From Ramazzottius varieornatus (lineage: Eukaryota; Animalia; Tardigrada), in NCBI GenBank assembly GCA_001949185.1, contig BDGG01000008.1:1116001-1180000 (forward strand): 64,000 nucleotides of DNA, given 5' to 3'. Of this stretch, positions 13,701 through 26,465 are shown one piece after another. Both the position numbers and the translations under genes were made by a program. How positions within the stretch are numbered: position 1 is the stretch's first letter; the number at the start of each line of letters is the position of its first letter. The notes under the pieces were generated by a model. The model saw only the letters and a program-made list of their open reading frames with translations. It made no database searches and was not told where the DNA came from.

Positions 13701-14954
13701 AGGGAATGATCCAGTAAGCTTCGTCAACCCCCTTTCGCAGTTTTCTCGTCAGGGTGAATAAAATAAGCAGTTTGAAAGCTTCCCAGATCTTTACCATGAT
13801 ATCAGAAGATTTTAGGTTGCCTGATATTTACCTCTTGACCGAGCCGAGTTTGTTTTGAGAATGGTTTCGATAGCCCGGGTAGTGATCTGGCTCGAATCGA
13901 CCTGAACGAATTTGGAGATGCTATAGTATTTCTGGTCAGTGGTCCGCATTTGGTTTTCCAGCAGAGTGCTCAGTTGTTTGTAGAAGCTGTTATAGAGGTC
14001 GCAGATTATGGTGGAGGCACTATAATTCTGCTGATGCAAGAACTGCAGTATAATATTGGCATTGTTTTGATGGGTTATGGATATACGCCCCATATAGTTG
14101 TATTTTTCCCGCGGCGCACTTATTCCCACTCCAGCAGCTGTCATAGCAAAAAACATGAGTGTAAGAAAAGGCAATCAGATTTCAGGATGTCGTGCAGGCT
14201 CAGGCTGAAATCCATAGCATACTTCACAGTGTGCCTCTTTCTACCACTCGGAAATAGGGTTTTCTGCCGCACTTCCGCCTGATCCTAATATCAATCTTTG
14301 ACACGGTTCATTCAAAAGAATTTATGATGAGGAAAGAACTGAAGCGTGGATGAACATAATGAATCATTGAACCAGATCGTCCACCCAAGCAAGTGGCTCA
14401 TGCTCTCAGCTGATAGCAATTCAAACGTGCGCCACTTGAGCTTGATACAACGATCTAGTTTTGCTTCTTCCCACGATTGAAATAAGATTGTTTGTACCGC
14501 GTAAAATATCTGGGGGAAATCCGGAAACGACGGACAAACCTGGACTCCCAATTATGAAAGCTCCAATCGAACGGGTGTAATCATACAAGCTTTCCGCAGC
14601 CGATCCACATCCAGGTCCAATGTACACATCGCAGATTGTTCCACGATCCCTCAATCCCATAGCATGAGCAACCAAATGGTTCCTTGCTTCGCAGGTGCTT
14701 CCGATATCGGTATATGTCGTGTTCAACGAGATACCCACGCGATACAGTATTACATCGTTGGCATACTGAACAGCCAATTCGACCGCCGCCGCTGACCTTT
14801 CGAAGCTGTAGAACAGGTTCTGAGTTCCACGTTCGACCAATAAACACGCATTCAGATTTGCTGTTACGGTATTCGACCAGTCGATAAAACTGGTCATGAT
14901 AAGGAGTGACTGAAGAAGGACCGAAAAGTGTGAAAGTGACCACTTCCGCCTCAT
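7778..14954 (-). CDS. Receptor-type (natriuretic-peptide-receptor-like) guanylyl cyclase: signal peptide, ANF-receptor ectodomain, TM helix, kinase-homology domain, coiled coil, cyclase domain
   Basis: Motifs: IGPGC (ectodomain), [25 protein letters not shown] juxtamembrane, [99 protein letters not shown] at 14954 and TAA at 7778. Some internal exon boundaries were not fully resolved. Confidence 0.93.
9353..9438. repeat. GTGGCGCA-N27-TGCGCCAC element (degenerate arms), guanylyl cyclase intron
   Basis: AAGCGGCGCA-27 nt-CACGCCACTTG with outer arm GCGATCTGGTTCG. Confidence 0.7.
12366..12613. mobile_element. Tc1/mariner-type MITE in a guanylyl cyclase intron (spans an N gap)
   Basis: TIR CAGTCACGGTCATATT from 12366, inverted copy AATATGACCGTGACTG ending at 12613, with TA on both flanks (12364-65 and 12614-15). 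Confidence 0.75.
13638..13718. repeat. GTGGCGCA-N27-TGCGCCAC element, guanylyl cyclase intron
   Basis: Both arms intact, 27-nt spacer, outer AGATCGTT / ATGATCC. Confidence 0.85.
14368..14461. repeat. GTGGCGCA-N27-TGCGCCAC element, guanylyl cyclase intron 1
   Basis: CAAGTGGCTCA-27 nt-TGCGCCACTTG with outer arms AACCAGATCGT / ACGATCTAGTT. Confidence 0.85.
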
Positions 14955-17239
14955 ACCAAATGATAATCGGGCGGACGTAACCAAAAAGCAAGCAGAGCTG
15001 CTAAAGTCGAATGACGCATGTTGCAGACGCTTTTGACGGACGGGAAGAACCTCTTAGCTTGTCTCAGTGCCGATCAGTGGCAAATGTTGACAATGTCGCG
15101 CCGGAATTTGGAGGCCGATTTATGGATACATATCGGGGAATTAGATCGAGACGGTGGCTTCTATGAGAGCAAGGCGGCCATGGAACATGCTCAAGTATAG
15201 ATTTAAGGGTGAAGTTTCAGAGAACGAACATATTGGTAAGGTGATTAAACCGCGACCGCGGCCTCTCTCACGAGAAAAGAGCATTGAGGTATTCAGAGAC
15301 CTTCAGTGTAATTTCGTCTACCCGATACACAAGAACGGACAATACCGCCACAAAGAAACAACATTGCCCAGGCACCGTGAACTGAGACTTTACACAGCAA
15401 ACGGTACAAGACGGCACACAGAAGAGTACATTGATGCGAACGAGTCAATCGACTATTGAATAATTTGGGATCGAAGATCAGGTCGATTATGGACCTAAAG
15501 ACCCGCTATGGGCTTCCATCACATGGCGTCATGGCTTTCGGAGGGTTCCTGATGTGTTACTGGAAAGGTTAAAGAAAACATTTCAAAGGGTGAAATTTGC
15601 CGTAAAGCCAGCATATTCACTCCCATCGCTTAGCCTAATTCGGTATATTTGCTGAGGGCGTGCACATGAAGAGCTTCAAGGTTCCTCTTACACTGGCGCA
15701 TTCTTTGTGCTTAGCCTAACGGACCACTACAGTACTTCACGCGTTTTTACACTCGACTCTCCTGCTGTTGTTACAAGAACTCAATTACCTCTGCGTAATA
15801 TTCTGAATGGACTAAGAGCTCGGTGTGTAACTGACTTGTAACGACGATAAGAGCCGGCTTCCGTAAAGGTACGCGTACCGTTATAACACACACCATTACC
15901 ATAACTAGCTAGTGGTTCTGACCACTGGGAAGGCCGAGCAGAAGCGAAGAAGCACAAGTATTGCGAGTAAAAACTTTTGCTACTCGGATCAAGTTGCGCA
16001 CTTGTTTTCAGTACAGAGGTTACGATATCTGGAAGCTCGAACAATCTGATCATCCATTGAAATCTCGACAGCCTTAAAACGGCCTCGCTTCGCTCGGTCT
16101 GATCAGGCCATAATGGCAGAGTTGCTGTATACCATAGCTCAACGGCATTGATTTTTCGAAGGAAATTTCGTGCTCACGGTGCTTCCGGCAGTGTTGTGGG
16201 GTTTTACTGGTTCTTCCATCGTCGGTCACACTATTTTCACTTCCAAGGTGTAGTTTCAGTCCCACGAAATTTACTTCTGGGGGAGGCTCCGCACAGCACC
16301 TTTCACCAACATCATGTTCTGATACCACCTTTCAATTCCAAATCGCCACCACTGTTTACTCCGTACACCACTTTCTAATTAAAGGCCACCACCAGGGCCT
16401 CCGGGTGCCACTTTTTGCCAGAGTGGTTTTTATTACTTAGTCTCAGAGAACAAGTCGGATCACGTTTCTACGCATTCCGTTTTCTGCCAACTGGCGACTG
16501 ATCTCACTATCCCGCAGGGACATTGCACTTTGGTTATGGAGACTAAAACACACACCTCGTAGCCTCAGTATCAAGGTTAAACAGAAACATCTGCTCGCTG
16601 ACGTTATGATCCAGACTGTATGCCGGCATACAGTATTTGGAAACTTATTGGTCACGCAAGGCTCTCACTGCACTTTGGTGAGGTCGCCCGATCATGGAAA
16701 ACAGTTGGGGAAAAAGGTCTAGATTGGGCAAAGTAAATTAGGCAAAGTACTTCCCCACCCTGGTACGTCGTTCGACTTGACAAGGGTACATTAGGCAAAA
16801 CATAACTAACATCACATCTGTTAACGGTGAAAGCTAAGAGACTCTCCACCAACGACGCTGCCGGCGTACAACCTCAAGTCCTATACTGTAGATCGGATCG
16901 GGAAGTCGGTGAAAAGTAAACGGGAACGAATTTAGCGCTAGACTAACGAGCATAGTGTTTTCGGTGGCCTGTACCGACAAAGAAGTTACGATGATATCTG
17001 TCTGACGAACCGAACCCACTGAAAGTTACTGACGCTCAAGGAAAATTCCTGACATTGCTGGGCAACGGCTATTATATAGAAACTGAACATGTAGGAATGC
17101 ATTGCCGCGCTAGCTAACATTATATGTGGAAGGGAAGCCTTTCCTTTCAAAAATCGTCTGTACTAATTTCTCCAATTTTTTTTGTACTATGAGACCATCA
17201 TATCGTCAGCCATTTTTTTGAGAACTGTAATGGACAAGG

Positions 17240-19077
17240 ATGGCGACTAACGCACAGTCATGCCCTCTACGGGACGCTTTCAAAGCCGAACCCATGTCGA
17301 GTAATCAGCCCAATAGCTCGACGGCAGGCTCCGCTAAGGAGTCGGCCAAAGAGCCCGGCAGCTCCGGTCGACGTGGAAGTAGCCGTAAAAGGCCAAAAGA
17401 GAAAGAGGGCTTTCAAGGTGTCGAGGGGGCCATGATGGAGAAGGAACTGAAAAACATGACGCTTGACAAATATACAATTGATATTTCAAGGACGCTGGGG
17501 GAGGGCTCGTACGCTAAAGTCTGTACTGCAACACATGTCGATAATAGACGGATTTATGCCTGCAAAGTCATTAACGACAAAAAAGAGATGGGCAACTTCA
17601 TCGAAAGATTCTTGCCACGTGAGCTCAAAGTAAAACAATATGAAACCTTTTCCTCCACACGAAAACCTTTAAACGGAAAATTGTGAATTTCGGATACAGG
17701 ATATTCGTATCTTGTAGTTGATGAGGAAGTTCAGCAGCAGATGGGTAACCTGCGTACACGGCATCTTCAAGACTCACAACCTGTACTACATCCTGATGGA
17801 CGTAAATATGAATGCTCCAGCACAGTTTCGATAATTGATCGGCCGATGGATTCAGCCAAATAGTTTTTCCAAGTGGCGCACACTCTCGGCTGATAACAAT
17901 GAGAACTGGCGCCACTGGAGGAAAACACTTGGACTAAGCAATGTATCGTCTCCCCAAGTGGCGCATCCAGCCTGCTAACACAATGTTTGACAAAATTAAC
18001 CGTTAAAAATGGGCGTAATATTGCAGCTGAAATTATTTACGACTTGGCCAATGAGAATTACATTTTACTGCATGCGCAAACTTCATTGGCTGTATCTATC
18101 TGGCTCCATCCAACACCCATTTCAACGGTTTATTTTGTCGTACACTGTAACAATAGAATGTGCGCCACTGGAAATAACGTCCTAGGTGAGATTTTTAGTC
18201 TCTCTAGAACGCTTTACAGTCCGATTTTTCTGAACGATGTGTATTTTAGTTTTGTGAGAACGGCGATCTGTTGCGATATCTTCAACGCCGAGGCGCTGCC
18301 CTCGACGAGGACGAAGTGAGAGAAAAGTCCGCGCAAATCCTCATGGGTGTGCGGTACCTTCACGAAGACCTGCAGATCGCCCATCGAGACCTCAAATGCG
18401 AAAACATACTCATCGATTCCAGCAACCGTCTCAAACTCGGCGACTTTGGTTTCGCTCGTAGTACCCTCCCTCTCGTTGGACAAGTTGAGGTTGACCAAAT
18501 CGAGGATCGACTCATCAAAGACTTCATGACCAGCAGTGTAGCTACCCTTCCTATCACTCGCACCACCTCCAAAGGCACACGACGAAGTTCCACCGAACGA
18601 GCCTCCGAGATTGCTCGGTTGGACAAAATGGCGACTACAGCCTCTGCAGCAGCCATAGGTCGATCGCCCAGTCGCCCGTCCAGGATAAGTGACGCGGGAA
18701 CGCAACAGGCCGTCGTGGCTTCGGCGACCTTCTGTGGGTCCGTGGCTTATGCAGCACCGGAAGTGCTGTCGAGAAAGAGCTACGACCCGAAGAAGTATGA
18801 TATGTGGTCGACGGGTGTCATAGTGTTCATCATGGCCTGTTTCTTCATGCCGTTTGACGACTCGGACCAGGCTAAAATGGTCAGAAGACAGCTGGCTAAG
18901 AAGTGGAGGTATCCACCGGAAGCGAGGATATCCGACTCGTTGAAGGAGTTCTTAGAGGGCATGATGGAACCATCACCGAAAGAGCGAATGTCAGTTATGG
19001 ATTCTTTGAGGCATAAATGGTTGAGGAAAAGTTATCGTGATATTCTTGAAAAGGAAGCCCGAAGTAACGACACGTGA
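17240..19077 (+). CDS. Testis-specific serine/threonine kinase (TSSK) family, 3 exons
   Basis: LGEGSYAKV, ACKVI, FIERFLPREL (TSSK hallmark), HRDLKCENILI, DFG, TFCGSVAYAAPE, YDPKKYDMWS. Exons approximately 17240-17629, 17718-17801 and 18250-19077, in frame. Confidence 0.9.
17868..18172. repeat. One intact (27-nt spacer) and one split copy of the GTGGCGCA element, TSSK intron 2
   Basis: Intact copy at about 17870-17919. A second left arm at about 17956 and a right arm at about 18160 are separated by extra sequence. Confidence 0.75.
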
Positions 19078-19221
19078 TGTTATTGATAATTTAACTGTTA
19101 CTCTTTCTGGTTCTACTCACGGCTCAAGCTGGCTGTCCGATGTCCATTTTGCTTTTATATTTTATTCGTTAATGTTCTGTTGCCTTGAGTTTCTGACAGC
19201 AGGAAAAAAGAAGGAGCAAAA

Positions 19222-21441
<2,220 letters not shown>

Positions 21442-22020
21442 AGAACTTTCCGGCTCGGATAAACTCCCCAAAATCTGTGTTGAAGAAGAAAGAGTTAGAG
21501 TGTGATATACACTGTTTTCATGATAAGAACGTACCTTAGGGTATGCAATAACTCACCGTTGGTAGCGCATTTCGCACAGAGCGGCAGGCAGATTATTCCG
21601 TTCAGTCATCCAGTTTTGCCCCGCGAGCGATACCGATCGCCATTCCAAAGTCCGAACTGCTTCAGAGCACATTCTTTCTCCCGCCTTCCTTCCTTCCTTA
21701 CCAAGAATGATCGACCACAACACTTTCATTGGTCACTTCGAAGCGTGACTACAGCCAGCCAATCCGTTCCTCCCACACCAAGTTAACCATCGATGCAGCA
21801 CCAACCGCCACAGACCCTTTCCTCGGTTTTACAGTAATGTGAAATTTAACATAACTAAAAATCGAAGCTACAGAAGAACCCCTAATCAAATGCGGAAGGA
21901 AATTGATCACACGATAGACATTTGGACACCACATCTCGACACAAAATAAAAATCAAAGCTGTCCGTTCTCCAAACCAAAAAATCAACAAAGGAGGAACCG
22001 TAGGAGAAAGACGAGATCCA

Positions 22021-25000
22021 TCAGACCCTAGATGGGATAATCTCCTCGTGACGAAGCACGATATCGTCATGGCGGAGAGACCCAGCCCGACCACCAGGTG
22101 GCGGGCCACAGTGAGGCATGATATGCCCGCGCGTCTTATACGAGTACCATGCGTAAGAAAGATCACCCATCACCACAAAGAGAAAGGAGACGATGATTAA
22201 AATACCAAAGCTTTCCGGGTTGGGTAGACCAACCACCAGCAGGAATTTTAGAAGATCCATGAATCTATTTAGGCTGGACTGGACACCGCCAACCACACCG
22301 CGTTCCTTGTCTAAGACATTCTCTTGCAGTAGCTGCGAAATCGTCAAATCAGCCATCCATAATCTAAGAAAGGCGAACTCTAACTCAGTCACCGTAATTC
22401 ACAGATCTTTTGAATACGTACTACTCCTTGTAATTGGGATCTCGGCAAACGAACTTGACAACAGTGCATACTCCTAAGTGGCGCACGTAATCCGTAATAC
22501 TTGCCGGAGGCGTGCGCTACTTGGAACAGCGATCCTGTCGAGCTTGCTTGCAAAAGTCCAAAGTATACTTAATATTATCAATATTTTCTTAATATCTTTT
22601 TTAATATTTTATTTCTTAATATTCAATTTTTACAATATTTTACAGGTTTTTAAACAATATGTTCATGCTGGCAATCTGAACACACCCGAATCTAGCACCG
22701 ACCATGCCGAGAAGGAAGACGATGACAGAAGACAGCTCTTCCACTGGCCTCGTAATCCACCGTCGGGAGTCAATGTCGGTGATGTTCCTGTTTTCACTAG
22801 CCTGTTCGATCCAGCTTTCGTTCCCTCGTGTCGTTTTCGAGAACGTAGGATCGAACGGACTACCCGGAAGCCATATCGACACTACACAGAGCGTCAGAAA
22901 CACCAGCTGAAGGAACAAGGCGTTCAAGCCAGTCCGTTCCAGGCCTATTTTCTTCCTTAGCACCGGAAACACGAATGTCCCAGCGATCCCTACTGCAGCA
23001 CCGAAGGCCATCGCAATAGAAATGACGGACTCGGATAATCCTATCAGCGAAGAAGAAATTTCAATAAGCAACGGAAAAATCGAACAGGGGAGCTCGGCAG
23101 ACAAGCTTGACCGAATCTTTTCCCCAAGCGGCGCACGCTTTCAGCAAATTACACTGAAAACGTGCGCCACTTGAGATAACGATCTGGTCGAGTTCGTTCG
23201 CCGATCTCCCACAGTCCAGGTAGTCTTCGATCAATTTAGCTCATACCTTGGGTGCGCACGTAAGTGTTGGTCACTCCGCCGAACGACAGAACCGTCATGT
23301 GCAGGAGTGCCAGGCCAAAGCCAGCGGACGCGACGGTGGTAGTCATATAGGTCTTCCATCCATCGGAAAGGGCGAAACAGGACCGGAAGACCTTCCGGAC
23401 CAGTTGTTGGTTTCGACTCCGTTCCATAACGACTTTTGTCGCCTTGGGGTCAGCTAGGGCTGGAACTGCGTGGTAGATCTTTAGAAGGATGAAGTACTCG
23501 GCGAACATGGACAGCAAGTTCCACGCGGACACGACGATGGTTCCTACGTAGTGTGCGCTGAAAGTCTAGTCGGAAAAGCAGTACATTAGCGCTAATAGAC
23601 ACGAACAAAACGACGCGAGCCATGTCACGAAACGGTAGTGGGAGAGACCTGACCATGATCTGCGCGATGATGATCGGAGAGAGGATTTGACACGTCAGAT
23701 CAATCCTTCTAATAGTCGCATTCATATCTAGAAAGAACTTACATGATCATGAAACTTACAAACGGTTTTCTGAATCTGACAGACTCACCAGCAAGGTGGC
23801 TTTTGTTTCCGGCAGCGATGACGACAACCCAGTCCTTCTCAACAATAATGTTCATAGCCTGAATTACTCAGCACCGTAAGTTCAATTTGCCGTTCCTGAT
23901 AAAGCTGGTTCGAAGACTGCATGCAAAATGAACACTTACTTACGACTCTTCCACAGTCCGCCAGCACAGCGAAAAGGAGGAACCCCACAACGCACCATAT
24001 CTTGCCGCTGTCTGGCATGCTGTCCTTGTACAGCAGTGCGAATGTCAGGACGAGCGCAGCAAGCGCCACGCACGAATTCTGCGTCATAAGACTCAGGCGA
24101 ACAGCTAAAACCAAAACAAACCGTGATTTTCGGTTTCAAGGGATAAGTCAGCTCACAAACCTGCAAGCCGAGGGGTTCTGTCGACCCATTCTCCAATTAG
24201 CGCTCCCAGAAGAATGACGCAGAGCCCAACTACCAATCCGTATACTGCAGGCAGCAACATCGTCCCCGGAAAGAGTTCGAGCAGGAACAGCGCACTTGTA
24301 AATGCCCACATGCGATCTCCCTAGGAATAAACACATCGTTAGCGAACCGAAGGTGTGCGATGTACCGGTATATACGCTACAGTGTACGGGCGTACGCTGA
24401 GACGATTAGACCATGCACTCAGTCACTCACCCAGCGTCCCAAAATCTCCGCGGCGTACAATAGCCATTTTACTTCGTTCTCGCTCGAAGCGTCTGCAATT
24501 AGAATGCGTTATAATCTTAGTCTTCGCGATGAACTAGATGGAGTACATAGGCCGAAAATGCTAGTACCGGAAACAGGTACAGTAGAGGTGGGTGAAGGTT
24601 TCTCGGACATCGTAGCTCCGCTGTCCTTGAAGTCCGAACTCTTTTCTTCCAGCCGCTGTAATCTTGCTTGCTTCTTAAATCGTGATGGTGCTTTCGGTAG
24701 TATCTCTGCCAAGCTATCGTTATTCGTGACGTCGTCTTCGGGCTCATCATATGGACGAGGAGACTCGTAAACAGATTTCAGCAGTAAAACTTTGGACTCT
24801 AAGGCATCATTTTCAGAGATGTCTTGTACGTCTTCATCGTGTACCACGTCGCGCGCTACCCTTCCGTTCTTATCCAGCGAACGCATATCGTGATCACTGT
24901 CTTCAAGGTCCTCCGCGGCGATAACTTCCGCAGTTCGTCCTGGATACATCGTAGGATGGGCATCATTCGGAGCTCGATCGCGCCGTCCGTCCAGCCCTAC

Positions 25001-25036
25001 GTCTCCATGCAATGATCGTTCTTCGTCCGCTAACAT
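22021..25036 (-). CDS. SLC40A1: Ferroportin (SLC40A1/IREG family) with a long acidic N-terminal extension
   Basis: WGDRMWAF, IGEWVDRTPRL, NATIRRIDLTCQILSP, WNLLSMFAEYFILLKIY, MTVLSF, GLERTG, WLPGSPFDP, GARFGLWMADLTISQLLQE, RGVVGGVQSSLN, PNPESFGIL. Confidence 0.93.
22450..22545. repeat. GTGGCGCA-N27 element, ferroportin intron
   Basis: AAGTGGCGCA-27 nt-TGCGCTACTTG with outer arm GCGATCCTGTCGAG. Confidence 0.8.
23103..23195. repeat. GTGGCGCA-N27 element, ferroportin intron
   Basis: CAAGCGGCGCA-27 nt-TGCGCCACTTG with outer arms CTTGACCGAATC / GATCTGGTCGAG. Confidence 0.85.
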
Positions 25037-26010
25037 TCCAACCCGAATTTAGGAAGATCAATCCATGCTTGACAGTTCACCCTTCACAGTGATACTGTAT
25101 GGGCCGTAAAGTCTGATGGGACTGGGAAGAAAACAAAGTTCAGCAAAAGCATAATGTCATAATTGACCGGACCGGAAGTGCGAGATGACAAACAGCAATA
25201 AAATTTATTTCGACACTTTGCGATAATGCTTGAAATCAGGACTACGGAACGGCTCACCGTAATATCTAATTTCCAATTCGGACAGATGGCTGATTGCTCC
25301 ATTGCTGATAGTTTTCCGAGTACCTTCAAGCGGACCCGTGTCCGAGAAACGGTACTCCGGAAATATCACTACCTCGTACCTTAGGATCAGTTTTGGCTCA
25401 GTAGCTATTTCACAGCGATACAGTGACGGGCTGCAGCCTGCTGAATATGGCCTCCACTTTGACATGGCTTGCCAAAAGGCTTAAAGCGTAGAATGCTAGT
25501 TGCTCAGTTATAATAAACTCTACCATATAGGTTGGTGCGGCGAACGCGGCGCAGATTCCCACTGGGGAGCAACTCGGCTCAAAGTACTTGATGCAAGTTT
25601 TTACTGCCATTGTCCGTATGGTCTATATGTGATTAAGTCGATCGTTGTTCTGTTGTTCTCGTTCCTTGATTGAACGAAAAGCTTGTTTTCAGATTCGCAA
25701 CAAATGAAGAACATTACATTACGTACTGTGTGACACATACATATGACGTACACAATCATATCGCCCTGCCTACTTGTCAGCTGAACGCAATCAATCAACC
25801 ATTTGAGTCCGTGTATCACGCTTCGGCAAGGCCATATTCAGCAGCTCGTCACTGTCAGCGATAACACAGAGATTAAGTTGCCACTCCCGTTCACTTTGCA
25901 ACTGTATCCACGGTCTTGCTCCGCCCCTTTCGTGACGTGTAACCACATTTTGCTTTCCGGAGCTCCCCTTATTTTCGAAAAATGAGCGTAATCGGAGTAA
26001 CGATTGGCTA

Positions 26011-26128
26011 GCATTGGGAAGCATGGTGGCTACCCAACCATTCAAAGTTCTGATCAGCTGCTGCGCTTATAAGTGACGTTGCAACTCATCTTAGTTACAG
26101 TGGGACTTTCATCTGGCGATGGCAACTT
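26011..26128 (+). repeat. Non-coding segment duplicated at 34108-34225
   Basis: GGGAAGCATGGTGG...AAAGTTCTGATCAGCTGCTGCGCTTAT...CATCTGGCG.TGGCAACTT is shared between the two sites with scattered substitutions. Confidence 0.9.
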
Positions 26129-26465
26129 TTTATTTTTTTTTCAGTGTCTAATATATCACCGAAGTTACCGAACTATACTCATCCATTCTCTTCCTTCTTC
26201 CGAATTGCGATTCCCTTCCTTTCCACATCGTTCAGGGCAGCTTCCGCTCAACACCAGGGATGCTTGAGACCACAACGACAACTACTGCTACGCCTGTGAA
26301 TGAAGGTAACTGACTCTTCACGACAGTGGCGGCTGCGTTATTTATGCGCGGGATGTGCAATTTTGGTGTCACGAAAATGGCTGTGCACATTACTGTGCAA
26401 GATGCTTTAGGAAGGTGAGGACAGATGCTTTAGGAAGGTGAGGACAGGCATAATCCCCCTTCTCA

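Noticed and set aside
15100-15730. Possible hAT dimerisation-domain remnant
   Set aside because: The resemblance is faint and spread across frames, too degraded to support.
25037-25900. Iron-responsive element upstream of ferroportin
   Set aside because: No CAGUGN loop on a 5-bp stem with a bulged C was found on the minus strand by eye. The hairpin near 25085-25100 has the wrong loop.
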